Shown piece after piece: positions 26,130 through 41,019 of a DNA stretch of 64,000 nt. The first letter of the stretch is position 1. Each line of letters starts with the position of its first letter. Location: positions 10,354,001 through 10,418,000 of the forward strand of contig CATOCA020000001.1 of NCBI GenBank assembly GCA_951406725.2. The letters are read 5' to 3'. The notes beneath the pieces were generated by a model. The model worked only from the letters and a program-made list of their open reading frames with translations. It was not told the DNA's origin and searched no databases. The DNA is from Octopus vulgaris. Lineage: Eukaryota. The translations under genes were made by a program, and so were the position numbers.

Positions 26130-26532
26130 TGTGTGGTAAGTAGCTTGCTAACAAACTACATGGTTCCGGGTTCAGTCACACTGCGTGGCATCTTGGGCAA
26201 GTGTCTTCTGCAATAGCCTCGGGCCGACCAATGCCTTGTGAGTGGATTTCGTAGACGGAAACTGAAAGAAGCCTGTCGTATATATGTATATATGTATAAG
26301 TGTGTGTGTATATGTTTGTGTGTCTGTGTTTGTCCCCCTAGCATTGCTTTACAACCGATTCTGGTGTGTTTACGTCCCCGTCACTTAGCGGTTTGGAAAA
26401 ACAGACCGATAGAATAAGTATTGGGCTTACAAAGATTAAGTCCCGGGGTCGATTTGCTCGACTAAAGGCGTTGCTCCAGCATGGCCGCACTCAAATGACT
26501 GAAACAAGTAAAAGAGTAAAAGAGTAAAGAGT
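26125..26532 (+). mobile_element. SINE family A
   Basis: Matches 22215-22625. Confidence 0.92.
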
Positions 26533-26691
26533 ATATATATATACATATATATATATGTACACATATATCTATACATCTAACTATCTATCTATCTATATAT
26601 ATATAATATATACTTTATAAAGCATATTACTCTACCACTAGTATTTGAGTACTCTTTTTTCCACCTTGTTTCACATTTATGTGTTTACTCC

Positions 26692-26749
<58 letters not shown>

Positions 26750-26942
26750 TTAGACATAGTATAAAATCTTTATAAGGATTTATCAAGTAGTTAGCGTGAA
26801 AAGCGTCATAAGAGAAAAATCCACCATTTTTTTCATTTAAATATATTTTTTTATATTATATAGAGGGCATTACTATACATAAATGCCACACGCTAGGAGG
26901 AATTCATAAAGTCAGAACTACCAAAATATATAAACACATTGT

Positions 26943-27111
26943 AAAAGTATTATTTATAGCTGAATGTTCTTCTTGACACTAATAAACCTAACAACAGTCA
27001 TCGTGTTGTGTCTCTAGGTTAGCTACATTCCTCTGCTTACATCTTGAGCTACAAATCTGTGGATCATACCCCAGCTAGGGTGGGGGGCTCTTTATATGAA
27101 AAATAAATTGA
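26943..27111. repeat. About 170-bp dispersed repeat; inverted copy at 51477-51643
   Basis: CTTGACACTAATAAACCTAACAACAGTC...GGATCATACCCCAGCTAGGGTGGGG is present in opposite orientations. Confidence 0.9.
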
Positions 27112-27331
27112 TTCTCTAAAGAAAGGTAGATTTATGAAAACTAGTAAAAGAATCAATGACACAGAATTTGTACAATAAAACCTCCTGTATTGATCTTTGA
27201 TCTGATCTCATCTACGTTGCTAATATTTCGACAGACACTATCAACAAGTGCTTACTTAATAATTTTTGTAAATATCTTTATGACTATTTCACAATTATTT
27301 AATAAATTTCCATTATATATATATATGTATG

Positions 27332-27400
<69 letters not shown>

Positions 27401-27453
27401 ATATACATATATATATATATGTGTATATACATATATATATATATATATATGTG

Positions 27454-28195
<742 letters not shown>

Positions 28196-28220
28196 TAAGG
28201 ATATATATATATATATATAT

Positions 28221-28642
28221 AGGCGCAGGAGTGGCTCTGTGTTAAGTAGCTTGTTAACCAACCACATGGTTCCGGGTTCAGTCCACTGCGTGGCATCTTG
28301 GGCAAGTGTCTTCTGCTATAGCCCCGGGCCGACCAATGCCTTGTGAGTGGACTTGGTAGACGGAAACTGAAAGAAGCCTGTCGTATATATGTATATATGT
28401 ATATATGTATGTGTGTGTATGTGTTTGTGTGTCTGTGTTTGTCTCCCTAAAATTGCTTGACAACCGATGCTGGTGTGTTTATGTCCCCGTAACGTAGCGG
28501 TTCGGCAAAAGAGACCGATTGAATAAGTACTGGGCTTACAAAGAATAAGTCCCGGGGTCGATTTGCTCGACTAAAGGTGGTGCTCCGGCATGGACGGAGT
28601 CAAATGACTGAAACAAGTAAAAGAGTAAAGAGTAAAGAGAGT
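28221..28642 (+). mobile_element. SINE family A, full length
   Basis: Matches 22215-22625. Confidence 0.93.
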
Positions 28643-29150
28643 ATATATATATACATGAGTTGTGTATAATTATATGTGTTATATGTATATAACATGTTCC
28701 AGCTGGGGCGTGTTTGAACAATTCAGACGAATAGAAGCCATATGTATTGAAATCTAAATTTTTGTCTACTCTCCATGTTTAAAATTTTATGGAAAGCGAC
28801 AAGAAAATGCGTGGGTGAGAATGATAGAGAGAGAGAGAGAGTGGAAGAGAAATAGAATAAGAGATCAAGAGAGGGTGAAATAGATAGAATGAAAGGCAGA
28901 GGGAGAAATAGATACATATATAATTAGACTTAGAGTGAGGGAGAGAATAAAACAGGTAGTCAATCTAGTTTATCTAATCCCCCTCTCTATAAAGCTGTTC
29001 AATGTTCATTCTCACTCACTTTTTGACTCTTTCTCACTCTCTATCTGACTCGCTCCCAGCAAAGAAGGACATTGTGGAAGACAATTTAAATGCTAGAAAT
29101 AGCAGCAAAACAACACCTTAGAAATATGCTATGATGATTTTAACAATATA

Positions 29151-29550
29151 TCTCTTATTATAAAAGGCAGATTTTATCTGCCTCCCTTTGGGAGTTATAC
29201 AAATCTACAATATAGGATTTCTTCAATTACAATTTACCTGGCATTTTTGAGAGTACAATGCATCGCGTCATGCCAGGTCCAGTTTTTAAAATTTAAACTC
29301 CAATTAAGCAAAATTTACAGAAAACTCACATTCTGGTGTGTGTGTCAAATGCTTTTCTTAGTCTGGTTTACACCACACGCAAACGCACACACACAGTGGG
29401 CAACGAATAAAATGAAAGTAAATAGCGACAATGATTTGAGGAAGACTAAAGTGAAAGTATTCTGTCTATGACGCTGATAGATATATGAGTAAAATGTATG
29501 GGAAGCTAAGAGCTAAGAGTGAGTGAAAATGTTCTTGGAAGAGAGTAATT
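29151..29550 (+). mobile_element. Helitron-like 5' segment homologous to 16120-16594 (minus)
   Basis: Starts A|TCTCTTATTATAAAAGGCAGATTTTATCTGCC and is largely colinear with the minus copy. Confidence 0.6.
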
Positions 29551-29631
29551 AGTACTAAAGTAAACATACACTCATAGATACATACATACATACATACATA
29601 CATACATACATACATACATACATACATACAT

Positions 29632-29668
<37 letters not shown>

Positions 29669-29974
29669 TACACACACACATACATACACACACACATACA
29701 TACATACACACATACATACATATACATACATACATACATATACATACATACATACACACACACACACAAACACACACACACAGTATTGAAGCTTGAGAAC
29801 AATCAGATACATTTGCAACACATCTGTTGAAAATATTATTGTTCACACACATACATATACATATATACATACAGACAGACAGACAGATAGACACACACAC
29901 ACACACACACACACACATGATCCAGCATGGCCACAACCTCAAGGCTGAAACATATAAAAGAATAACAGAATATA

Positions 29975-30335
29975 AATGTGTGCAAAGTACAAGAAATATT
30001 AATGCAGTATATGGGGATTGGACAATAAGCGTAAGGCAGTGTCAATGGTGGTTCCAGAAATCCCGAGCCATAAACTACAGCCTAGAAGACGAGCCTCATC
30101 CTGAAAGATCTGTAGAACTCGACAAGGACATCCTGAAAACCCTGGTGGAACAAAATCTCATCGTAACTGTTGAGGAACTAGCAGAGAAGCTTGGATTTGG
30201 TCATTCAACCATTCATTGAGACCTGTGTGCTATCGGAAAAGTCAGCAAATTGGGTCAATGGGTTCCTCACGAACTTTCCGAGTCTAATTGCATGCAGAGA
30301 GTGAATGTATGCTTTTCTTTGCTGTCATATCTCAC
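29975..30335 (+). pseudogene. mariner transposase N-terminal fragment
   Basis: RNINAVYG..TISVRQCQWWFQK..SLEDEP...TVEELAEKLGFGHSTIH*DLCAIGKVSKLGQWVPHEL, containing the WVPHEL motif. In-frame TGA at 30217. Confidence 0.93.
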
Positions 30336-30354
30336 CACTACTGCGCTATGTATA

Positions 30355-30991
30355 TCTATATATATAAAACTGTAGTTGTGTGAGTGTCTGTCCCCTTCGA
30401 TTTAGATTCCTAACTACTCCCACATTTTGCGGTACAGTTTAACCAAATTCGGGTAGCTTATAGTCGTGATTCATATCGAGCCCGTCTGAATATTAGCGCG
30501 CGTCTACGATGAGTCTACGATTTTAAAAATAATTTAACATCATTTTTTATTCCATTTTAATGCATAATTTTTCGTGTGTCGATGGCGGCGGAGTTGGCGT
30601 CCACGCTCACACCTGCACCTGTGGGGAAGGGAGTGTAAGGAAATCAACGTCGTAATGCGTTGTCAAGGAGACCAGTGTTCTTTTAGAACAACGACTTCAT
30701 GGCTTGAAGACACCAAAACAGAAATGGCTAAGAAAGCGTCTACATGAGTCTACGATTTAAAAAAAAATTTACCATCGTTTTTTTTCCATTTTAATGCATT
30801 TTTTCGCTATTATATAAGGGAAGTAACTCTCTAAAAATGTCTACGATGAGTCAACGATTTTAAAAAAAATTTACCATCATATTTTTTCCATTTTTAATGC
30901 ATTTTTTGCTATTTTTTTGCTATAACTCTCTAAAAATGCTTATATAGTTATTTCCCTTACAAACCCGAGCAACGCCGGGCGATACTGCTAG
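30355..30991 (+). mobile_element. Complete non-autonomous Helitron (637 bp)
   Basis: Starts A|TCTATATATATAAAACTG. Three internal GTCTAC(G)ATGAGTC...TTCCATTTTAATGC sub-repeats. Ends with the CCCGAGCAACGCCGGG hairpin and CTAG|T. Confidence 0.88.
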
Positions 30992-31178
30992 TATATATAT
31001 ATATGTATTTATATATATATATGTATATATATATGTGTGTGTGTATATGTATACATGTATATATGTTTGTATATATATATCTATATATTTACTTATATAT
31101 ATATATATGTGTGTGTGCATATATATATATATGTATGTATATGTGTATGTATATATATATTTATATACATGCAAGTAT

Positions 31179-31373
<195 letters not shown>

Positions 31374-31641
31374 TTTCATCGTTGTTATTTCGTCAACCCT
31401 GAAATGATAAAGTAGTGTTGGCATTAATAGAATTCGAACCCAGAATGTAGGCTCCCAGCAAATAGCTATAAATAATACCAACAGGATATGTTGTTATCAA
31501 GACATAGCAGTAATTGAGGCTATGTGTGTGTGTGCCCGTGCATGCGTGTGGGCGACTGTTTCGATTTTTTGTGTTTGTGTATGTGTATATATATGCGCAT
31601 GTATGTATGTATATATATATCTATCTATCACACTCTCTCCC

Positions 31642-31733
<92 letters not shown>

Positions 31734-31809
31734 CTCGATGTACTTGTGCTCATAATATATTTATATATACAAATATATACATTCATATATAGAAAGCTGA
31801 AAAGTGACA

Positions 31810-32095
31810 CGTGGCTGTGTGGTGAGAAGCTTGCTTACCTACCATATTGTTCTGAGTTCAATCTCACTGCGTGGCACCTTTGGTGAGTGTCTTATGCTAT
31901 AGCCACGGGCTGACCCAATCCTTGTGAGTAGATTTGGCAGACGGAAACTGAAAGAAGCCCATCGGATGTATATATATGTGTTTGTGCTAGCGTTTAACAA
32001 CGCACTATCGCTTCACAACCAATGCTGTTGTGTTTAGGTCCCCGTAACTTTGCGGTTCGGCAAAAGCTCCCTATAGAATAACTACTAGACTTAAA
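31810..32095 (+). mobile_element. Diverged SINE family A
   Basis: GTGGCTGTGTGG...GACGGAAACTGAAAGAAGCCC...GCGGTTCGGCAAAAG. Confidence 0.85.
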
Positions 32096-32312
32096 AAGCA
32101 AGCAAATACATACATATATACGCACATATACATACATATATATATACATATATAAATAGTAAATAAAGTTACTTCCATTGGCGCCTAGACGCATGGGGAC
32201 AGTCTACCTTGGCTTATATATTTCGCATATGGACGGGACAGCAGTCCATCGCAGAGTGAGTCATTCTAGCCAAGGAATGTAAAATGAAGTCCAACTCGTC
32301 GCAAGAGTTCAT

Positions 32313-33197
32313 TAAACTAAAACACCTAAAGCTCTTCGAGGCTCCAGCATGGGCTGGTGGCGAACCCTGCTGTATTATTTCACCACAACTTTCTCTCACG
32401 CTGTCTTCCTGTTTCTGTTGTACCTGTATTTCAAAGGGGCCAGCCGTGTCACACTATGTGTCACGCTGAATCTCACCGAGAACTACGTTAAGGGTACATG
32501 TGTCTGTGGAGTACTCAGCTACTTGCACGTTAATTTCACGAAGAGTCTAAGGCGGCGTGCTGGCAGAAACGTTAGCCCGCCTGGCGAAATGCTTAGCAGT
32601 ATTTCGTCTGCCCCTACGTTCTGAGTTCAAATTCCGCCGAGGTCGACTATACCTTTCATCCATTCAGGGTCGATAAATTAAGTACCAGTTACGCACTGGG
32701 GTCGATATAATCGACTTAATCCGTTTGTCTGTCCTTGTTTGTCCCCTCTGTGTTTAGCGCCTTTTGGGTAGTAAAGAAATAGGTATTTCGTCTGTCTTTA
32801 CTTTCTGAGTTCAAATTCCGCCGAGGTCGACTTTGCCTTTCATCGTTTTGGGGTCGATTAAATAAGGGCCTGTTACGCACTGGTGTCGATATCATCGACT
32901 TAATACCTATGTCTGTCCTTGTTTGTCCCCTCTTTGTTTAGCCCCCTGTTGGTAGTAAAGAAATAGGTATTTCGTCTGTCTTTACTTTCTGAGTTCAAAT
33001 TCCGTCGAGGTCGACTTTGCCTTTCATCGTTTCGGGCTGCATAAATCAAGTACAAGTTTCGTACTGGTGTAGATCTAATCGATGGCCCACTCCCCTAAAA
33101 TTTCGGACCTTGTGCCTAGAGTAGAAAAGAATTTCACGAGTAGTCTTCCGGTGACTGGATCAACTGGAAACCTCTTCGTCTCAACCGACGAGTGCCA
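32313..33197 (+). mobile_element. 5'-truncated SINE (head D, tail X) interrupted by a trimeric SINE B (32549-33129)
   Basis: Tail X resumes at 33130. Imperfect 17-bp TSD: AATTTCACGAAGAGTCT (32532-32548) and AATTTCACGAGTAGTCT (33130-33146). Confidence 0.85.
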
Positions 33198-33254
33198 TAG
33201 TAGTATATATGTACACGCATACAAATATCTATATATTCGTTTCTTTTCTTTTAT

Positions 33255-33653
33255 TCGTTTCTTTTACTTGTTTCAGTCATTTGACTGCGGCCATGCTGGA
33301 GCACCGCCTTTAATCGAGCAACTCGACCCCGGGACTTATTCTTTTGTAAGCCCAGTACTTATTCTATCGGTCTCTTTCGCCGAACCGCTAAGTAACGGGG
33401 ACATAAACACACCAGCATCGGTTGTCAAGCAATGCTAGGAGGACAAACACAGACACAAACACACACACGCATATATATATACATATATACGACGGGCTTC
33501 TTTCAGTTTCCATCTACCAAATCCACTCACAAGGCTTTGGTCGGCCCGAGGCTATAGTAGAAGACACTTGCCCAAGGTGCCACGCAGTGGGACTGAACCC
33601 GGAACCATGTGGTTGGTAAACAAGCTACCTACCACACAGCCACTCCGATGCCT
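33255..33653 (-). mobile_element. SINE family A, full length
   Basis: Reverse-complement match to family A. Confidence 0.92.
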
Positions 33654-34088
33654 ATATATACAAGACATATAAATATCATTAAAGATAATGTTACTATCTA
33701 ACAAGAATAAATGTTGATGACGAAGCTGTTTTGGTTGAAAGGATCTGAAGAATTAGTAAGGAAGAAGATAGGAGCTTGTTACCATGGTGGAAACTGATTT
33801 GATGGAAGTAAAACAGAAATACTATAGGGCGCAACCCGTGCAAAGTAAAGGCCAAGAATAGATACAGAGGTATGGAAGTCAAGAGAGAAGTGGGCTCCAG
33901 ATGCGGGAGTTGGACGGGGGCACATGTGAAATTAACTTCCCATAATCTCCAAGAGGACGTGTAGAAGTAACTCATAGTTTCTCTTCCTTGGGAGTGGGGT
34001 TTATGAGATTGTTTTGCCCACACTCACACTCTCCCTCTCCTTCACTCACACTCGTTCTCTCTGTTCCATTCTCTGTCCGTATCTGTTT

Positions 34089-34391
34089 ATGCGCCCTTTT
34101 CAAGCCTAGTCAGTGCTCATGGGCCCGGTTTCCCGGTTTATGTGGCGTATGTGTTCTCCAGGTGGACGGGACGCCAGTCCATCACAGCGTTACCAAAGAA
34201 ACAGGAAGAAAGTATGAGAGAAAGTTAGGGCGAAAGAGTAGAACAGGGGGTCGCCACCACCCCCTACCTGAGCCTCGTGGAGCATTAGGTGTTTTCGCTC
34301 AATAAACACACACAACACGCGGTCTGGGGATCGAAGCCGCCATCCTCCGACCGCGAGTCCCCTCCCCTAACCACAGAGTCATTGCGCCTCT
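34089..34391 (-). mobile_element. SINE with head D and tail Y
   Basis: Head matches 61405-61596. Tail GTAACGCTGTGATGGACTGGCGTCCCGTCC...AAACCGGGAAACCGGG matches 34404-34503. Confidence 0.85.
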
Positions 34392-34403
34392 ACAAAATAA
34401 ATT

Positions 34404-34645
34404 CGCGCTTTTAAAGCCTAGACAGGCTCATGCGCCCGGTTTCCCGGTTTCAATGGCGTATGTGTTCCCCAGCTGGAGGGGTCGCCACTCCATCGCAGCG
34501 TTACTCATTTTTGCCAGCTGAGTGGACTGGAGCAACGTCAAATGAAGTGTTTTGCTCAAGAACCCAACGCGTCGCCCCGTCCAATAATCGAAACCACAAT
34601 CATACGATCATGATGCTGACACCCTAACCACTAAGCCACGCGCCT
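34404..34645 (-). mobile_element. SINE with head C and tail Y
   Basis: Head matches 60168-60304. Tail matches 34089-34193. Confidence 0.85.
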
Positions 34646-35449
34646 ACACCCTACGTCCTTATATAAATAGAATAATCATCTACAAGGTGCACCTCGAGCT
34701 ACAAATAATTCTGCCTGCTATCATTATAAGGTTTTAACTTTTGCTAATTAATTATATCGACGCCAAAGTTAATCTTGAGAGAATTGTATCGACCCTCAAA
34801 TGATAAAAGGTGACGGGATTCGAACCCAGAATGTAAATTACCAAGGAATAGTTATAAATATTACTAACAAGTCATTGAGTGTGTCTCTAGTAGTAATTGT
34901 TAGTATGAAACAGGTGTGCCTGTGTGTGTGCGAATCGAAGAAAAGGTGTTTGTGTGACTTATGCCACAATAAGCGAAGAGTGTTGTTACACTTGACTTAA
35001 CATTAACAACTGAAGTCGCTCTTATAAAAAAAAAATTATACTTCTATCCCAGTAAACAACTCTATATACACCCACATACGTCTCTCAATTCTCATAAGTC
35101 AAACAAATCAATCCGGGGACATATCCTTTGTAAGCCGAGTACTTATCCTATCGATCTGTTTTGCCGAACAGCTAAGTTACGCGGACATAAACACACCAGG
35201 GGAGAGAGAGAGAGAGAGAGTGAGAGAAGGAGAGAAGGAGAGAAAGAGCGTGTGAGGCTATTTAGGCAAGTGTGTTTACTGTTGCCTTGGGCCATCAAAC
35301 TCTTGTGAGTGAATTTGGTGAACGGAAACTGAAAGAAGCCCGTCATATATATATATATGTATAATATTAGGGAATAAATCCAAAGTTACTGGGAAAAATT
35401 ATATTCAGGATTAAATCCAATTTTATAGTATAAATATATTATATTGTAT

Positions 35450-36003
35450 CATATTAAATTAGAGATAAAACCACTATTAGACAAATCAAACAGTGAAAAA
35501 CATAAAATTAATTTAAAAATATAAAAGTTAAACTTTAAAAAATTATTTACATAATTTATACTTATAAATTTTAAATATATATATACAAATATATATATAT
35601 ATATAAATGTGTGTATGTATGTATCTTTTATATTTATATATTATTTTATTTAATAATTTATTAATTAATTAATTTATTTAATTATTTATTTATTAATTTA
35701 TTTTATTATCATATAAATATCAAAAGTATTACAACTTTTAATAATTTTGATACTTATATAATAAAAAATAAATAAATTAATGAATAAAATAATATATAAA
35801 TATAAAAATATACATACATACACACACACACATATATATATATATGTATTTGTATATATATATTTAAAATTTATAAGTTTAAATTATTTAAATAATTTTT
35901 TAAATTTTAACTTTTATATTTTTAAATCAATTTTATGCATTGGCTTATGTTTTTCACTGTTAGATTTGCCTAATAGTGATTTTGTCTCTAATTTAATATA
36001 ATA
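35450..36003. repeat. About 550-bp AT-rich imperfect fold-back; second copy at about 46028-46593
   Basis: ATTAAATTAGAGATAAAACCACTATTAGACAAATC pairs with GATTTGCCTAATAGTGATTTTGTCTCTAATTTAAT. Centre at about 35735. Confidence 0.88.
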
Positions 36004-36613
36004 TATATATATAAATGTTTGCAGCTTGTTAAGAAGGATCTGAAAACAATTACAGTACGGACATTTGATAAGAAACATAGAAGCAACTTCGATGAGATTT
36101 TCTTTCCTTTTATATCGACCTCCATATTCAACTGGTCCTTATTTAATCGACCCTAAAAGCATAAAAGTCAAATTAACATTGGTGGAATTCGAACGCGGAA
36201 TGTGAAGCTCCTGGGCAGGGCTCTAAACATTAGTAACAAGGTATTAGCTGGATGTGTGTGTGTGTGTGTGTAATTGTTAGGTGTGTGTGTGTGTGTGTAT
36301 GTGTGTGTGTGTGTGTGTGTGTAATGGTTAGGTGTGTGTGTGTATAATGGTTGGGTGTGTCACTTATTTTGTAATTGTTGAATAGTGTTTATCACCTGCT
36401 GACTTTAAACCTGACTTGACAAAATTTGTTTTGCCAAACAAAAGGTCGATTGTTAATCTAAGCCATTAAACGACTATCATCATCATCATCATCATCATCA
36501 TCATTATCAAATCTGTACACACACACACTTGTCAGCATTTGTATATATATTCATATAAATATAGATGTATATGCCTGCATATATATGCATTTATGCCTAC
36601 ATAGGTACCTGTG

Positions 36614-36645
<32 letters not shown>

Positions 36646-36819
36646 AATAATCATTACAGATAAAAGGGTGAAATATAATTAATTTAATAAAATCAGCAAA
36701 TTTCACCTAGTAGCACTTCGGTAAGGAAAAGGACCATATTCGTTAAAATATTATATAATTATGACAATAAAAATAAGGGTCATTTCGGTATGTGGTCAAT
36801 CAACTTGTGGCAAATTACT

Positions 36820-36864
<45 letters not shown>

Positions 36865-36865
<1 letters not shown>

Positions 36866-37620
36866 TCTTTTACTCTTCTACTTGTTTCACTCATTTGGCT
36901 GCAGCCATGCTGGAGCACCGCATTTAGTCGAGCAAAGTCGACCCTGGGACTAATTCTTTGTAAGCCCACTACTTATTCTATCGGTCTCTTTTGCCGAACC
37001 GCTAAGTGACGGGGACGTAAACACACCAGCATCGGTTGTCAAGCAATTCTAGGGAGACAAACACATACACACACACACACACACACATATATATACATAT
37101 ATATGACGGGCTTCTCTCAGTTTCCGTCTACCAAATCCACTCACAAGGCATTGGTTGGCCCGGGGCTATAACAGAAGACATTTGCCCAAGATGCCACTCA
37201 GTGGGACTGAACCCGAAACCATGTGGTTGGTAAGCAAGCTACTTACCACACAGCCACCCCTAAGTCTATATACATATATACGACAGGCTTCTTTCAGTTT
37301 CCGTCAACAAAATCCACTCACAAGGCATTGGTTTGCCCGGGACTATAGCAGAAGACACTTGCCCAAGATGCCACGCAGTGGGACTGAACCCGGAACCATG
37401 TGGTTGGTAAGCAAGCTACTTACCACACAGCCACCCCTAAGTCTATATACATATATACGACAGGCTTCTTTCAGTTTCCGTCTACCTAATCCACTCACAA
37501 GGCATTGGTCGGTCCGGGGCTATAGCAGAAGACACTTGCCCAAGATGCCACGCAGTGGGACTGAACCCGGAACCATGTGGTTGATTAGCAAGCTACTTAC
37601 CACACAGCTACTCCTGCGCC
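36865..37620 (-). mobile_element. SINE family A with three tandem 177-bp heads
   Basis: Head units begin at 37104, 37281 and 37458. Single body and tail at 36865-37065. Confidence 0.9.
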
Positions 37621-37719
37621 TATGGCAACTCCTATATGTAAATTTATATAACTAATGATAATGGCCTGCATGGGGATGAAAACCTCATGGATAATAATTA
37701 TCAAAATTATAATTTAGCT

Positions 37720-37926
37720 GCTAGATATAGCAGCTAAAACCTGACTCTAAAACCACATTAAATGTTCACACAGCAGCAGGGGAGAGGAGAAAGAAAGAAA
37801 GTAAACTAGCAAACGAGTTTATTATTATCTTTTTTGTTTGTTTATTTTGTCTTTTTGTCTTCCCTCCTGGTGCTGTAGGGACATTTAATGTGGTTTTAGA
37901 GTGAAGTTTTGACTGCTATGTCTAGC
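37720..37926. repeat. MITE-like inverted repeat (about 70-bp arms)
   Basis: GCTAGATATAGCAGCTAAAACCTGACTCTAAAACCACATTAAATGT pairs with ACATTTAATGTGGTTTTAGAGTGAAGTTTTGACTGCTATGTCTAGC. Confidence 0.8.
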
Positions 37927-38039
37927 ATGATGCTATCTCTTACATACCCTTATTCACAATTTTAATAATTTTATGTATATATATGTGTATATATATATGT
38001 ATATATATATATATACGTAAGTATATATATATATATATG

Positions 38040-38103
<64 letters not shown>

Positions 38104-38328
38104 TATATATACATATAGGGAGGCATAAACACGTACATACATATATACATACTTACATATACGTGTACATAAACCTTCTACACATCCATGCACGTTTATC
38201 GCTGTGTCTGCCTTTCCTTTGAATTTTTAAAAATGTTATATATGTAATGCATATATGAGAATGTATGTATATTAATGTACTTATATATATATATATATAT
38301 ATATGTTTATATAAATATATATATATTA

Positions 38329-38527
38329 TAGGCGTAGGAGTGGCTGTGTGGCACCTTGGGCAAGTGTTTCCTACTATAGTCTAGGCGCGACCAAAACCTT
38401 GTGAGTGGATATGGTAGACGGAAACTGAAAGAAGCCCGTCGTATATATGTATATAGTTGCTCGACTAAAGGCTTTGCTCCAGCATGGCCGCAGTCAAATG
38501 ACTGAAACAAGTAAAAGAGTAAAAGAG
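38329..38527 (+). mobile_element. Internally deleted SINE family A
   Basis: Head and tail present. The B-box region and central body are missing. Confidence 0.85.
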
Positions 38528-38679
38528 TATATGCATATATACACACACACATATGGAGATGCATATACTCAACATTTAGACATACTAAACGACTTATACG
38601 TAAGTGTCTAAAAGTGTATGTGTATGTAGATGCTTATATATAAATATATATATATATACATATATATATATATTTTTTT

Positions 38680-39056
38680 TTACTTGTTTCAGTCATTTGA
38701 CTGCGGCCATGCTGGAGCACCGCCTTTAGTCGAGCAAATCGACCCCGGGACATATTCTTTGTAAGCCCAGTACTTATTCTATCGGTCTCTTTTGCCGATC
38801 CGCTAAGTGACGGGGACGTAAACACACCAGCATCGGTTGTCAAGCAATACTAGGGAGACAAACACAGACACACAAACACACACATATACATATATATACG
38901 ACAGGCTTCTTTCAGTTTCCGTCTACCAAATCCACTCACAAGACATTGGTCAGCCCGGGGCTATAGCAGAAGACACTTGCCCAAGATGCCACGCAGTGGG
39001 ACCGAACCCGGAACCATGTGGTTGGTTAGCAAGCTACTTACCACACAGCCACTCCT
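38680..39056 (-). mobile_element. SINE family A
   Basis: Reverse-complement match to family A. Confidence 0.92.
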
Positions 39057-39769
39057 TATATATATATATATATATATATAAGGATCTACATACACAAACA
39101 CATTTGGACACTTACACAAAAGATATACACATAAACACACAGACACATATATTCATAAATATATATATTGCAGGCAATGTAGGCAATGGTCAGCGACCGC
39201 CTTCTTCGATCAGGAATAGACAGCCTTCATCTTCATCATACATACATACATACATACATACATACATACATACTTACATATATACATGCATACATATATG
39301 CCTATATACGAAACTGCCTACATGCATACACAATAAGTAGTTGCATGTATATATGAATACAGACAACGGTGAATACATACGTAGGTATATACATACCTGC
39401 CCATACATGCATACATACACAGCAATATACTTACTTGCATATATAACTATATATACTTATATACATACATTCATACACTCTCATTCATATGCGTATATAG
39501 ATATATAATTTTCAAAATCCGGTCTCGTACACAATGTAAAATACATTCAATGTTGACTCACTATTTCCTTTCTTTGACATTTCTAAAGAAATTCTAAAAT
39601 ATCTCAACTCACGCTCATTAAATTTATAATCTAAAGAAACTTGTCTCTTTTCAAATGTTAGATCAACTTTTAGGTCATAGTTAGGAAAACAGGTTAAACA
39701 CAAGTACATATGTACCCACACTTTTCCATCAATTTATCTATCTATCTGTCTAGCTAGCTAACTAATTTA

Positions 39770-40420
<651 letters not shown>

Positions 40421-40523
40421 TCCTGGGTATAGCCGCCGTCAACTGAATCCAGTTGTAAGGTTCTACTTTGCCATTCCAAATCTTGAGGAGTGTGGAACCA
40501 TTCATTAGCAGTTATTCTTTTCG

Positions 40524-40705
40524 TTTCTACTCTAGATAGAAGGCCTAATATTTTGGGGGAGAAGGCCAGTCGATTAGATCGACTCTCATTAAGCAACTGG
40601 TACTTAATTTGTTGACCCAGACATAATGAAAGGCAAACTTAAAAACAGACGAAATACCGCTAAGAATTTTGCTCGGCGTGCTAACATTTCTGCCAGTTCA
40701 CCGCT
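40524..40705 (-). mobile_element. SINE family B monomer, internally deleted
   Basis: Minus strand reads GCGGTGAACTGGCAGAAATGTTAGCACGCCG...GTACCAGTTG...AGAGTAGAAA. Confidence 0.8.
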
Positions 40706-40774
40706 TTTTTTGGAGAGATTCCGTTCCTCTTCCTTTGACATTGAATTTTGTGTTTTTGCCTGCTCTCGCCCCAC

Positions 40775-40859
<85 letters not shown>

Positions 40860-40862
<3 letters not shown>

Positions 40863-40948
40863 AGTTAATCCAAACAAGAAAACAAAAGACAACAACGCGA
40901 GGATGTGGAACAGATAAAGTATTATTGGGCGCTCAGGAAAGAAGGGAT
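40860..40948. repeat. About 90-bp repeat with an inverted copy at 42345-42437, both abutting microsatellites
   Basis: AAGTTAATCCAAACAAGAAA...GCGCTCAGGAAAGAAGG versus its reverse complement. Confidence 0.85.
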
Positions 40949-40977
40949 ATATATATATATATATACATTTTCACATA

Positions 40978-41019
<42 letters not shown>

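Larger units (their letters stand above)
34660..37773. repeat. Segmental duplication, copy 1 (paralogue at 45205-48536)
   Basis: Colinear and highly similar from ATAAATAGAATAATCATCTACAAGGTGCACCTCGAG to CCACATTAAATGTTCACACAG, with copy-specific insertions. Confidence 0.93.
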
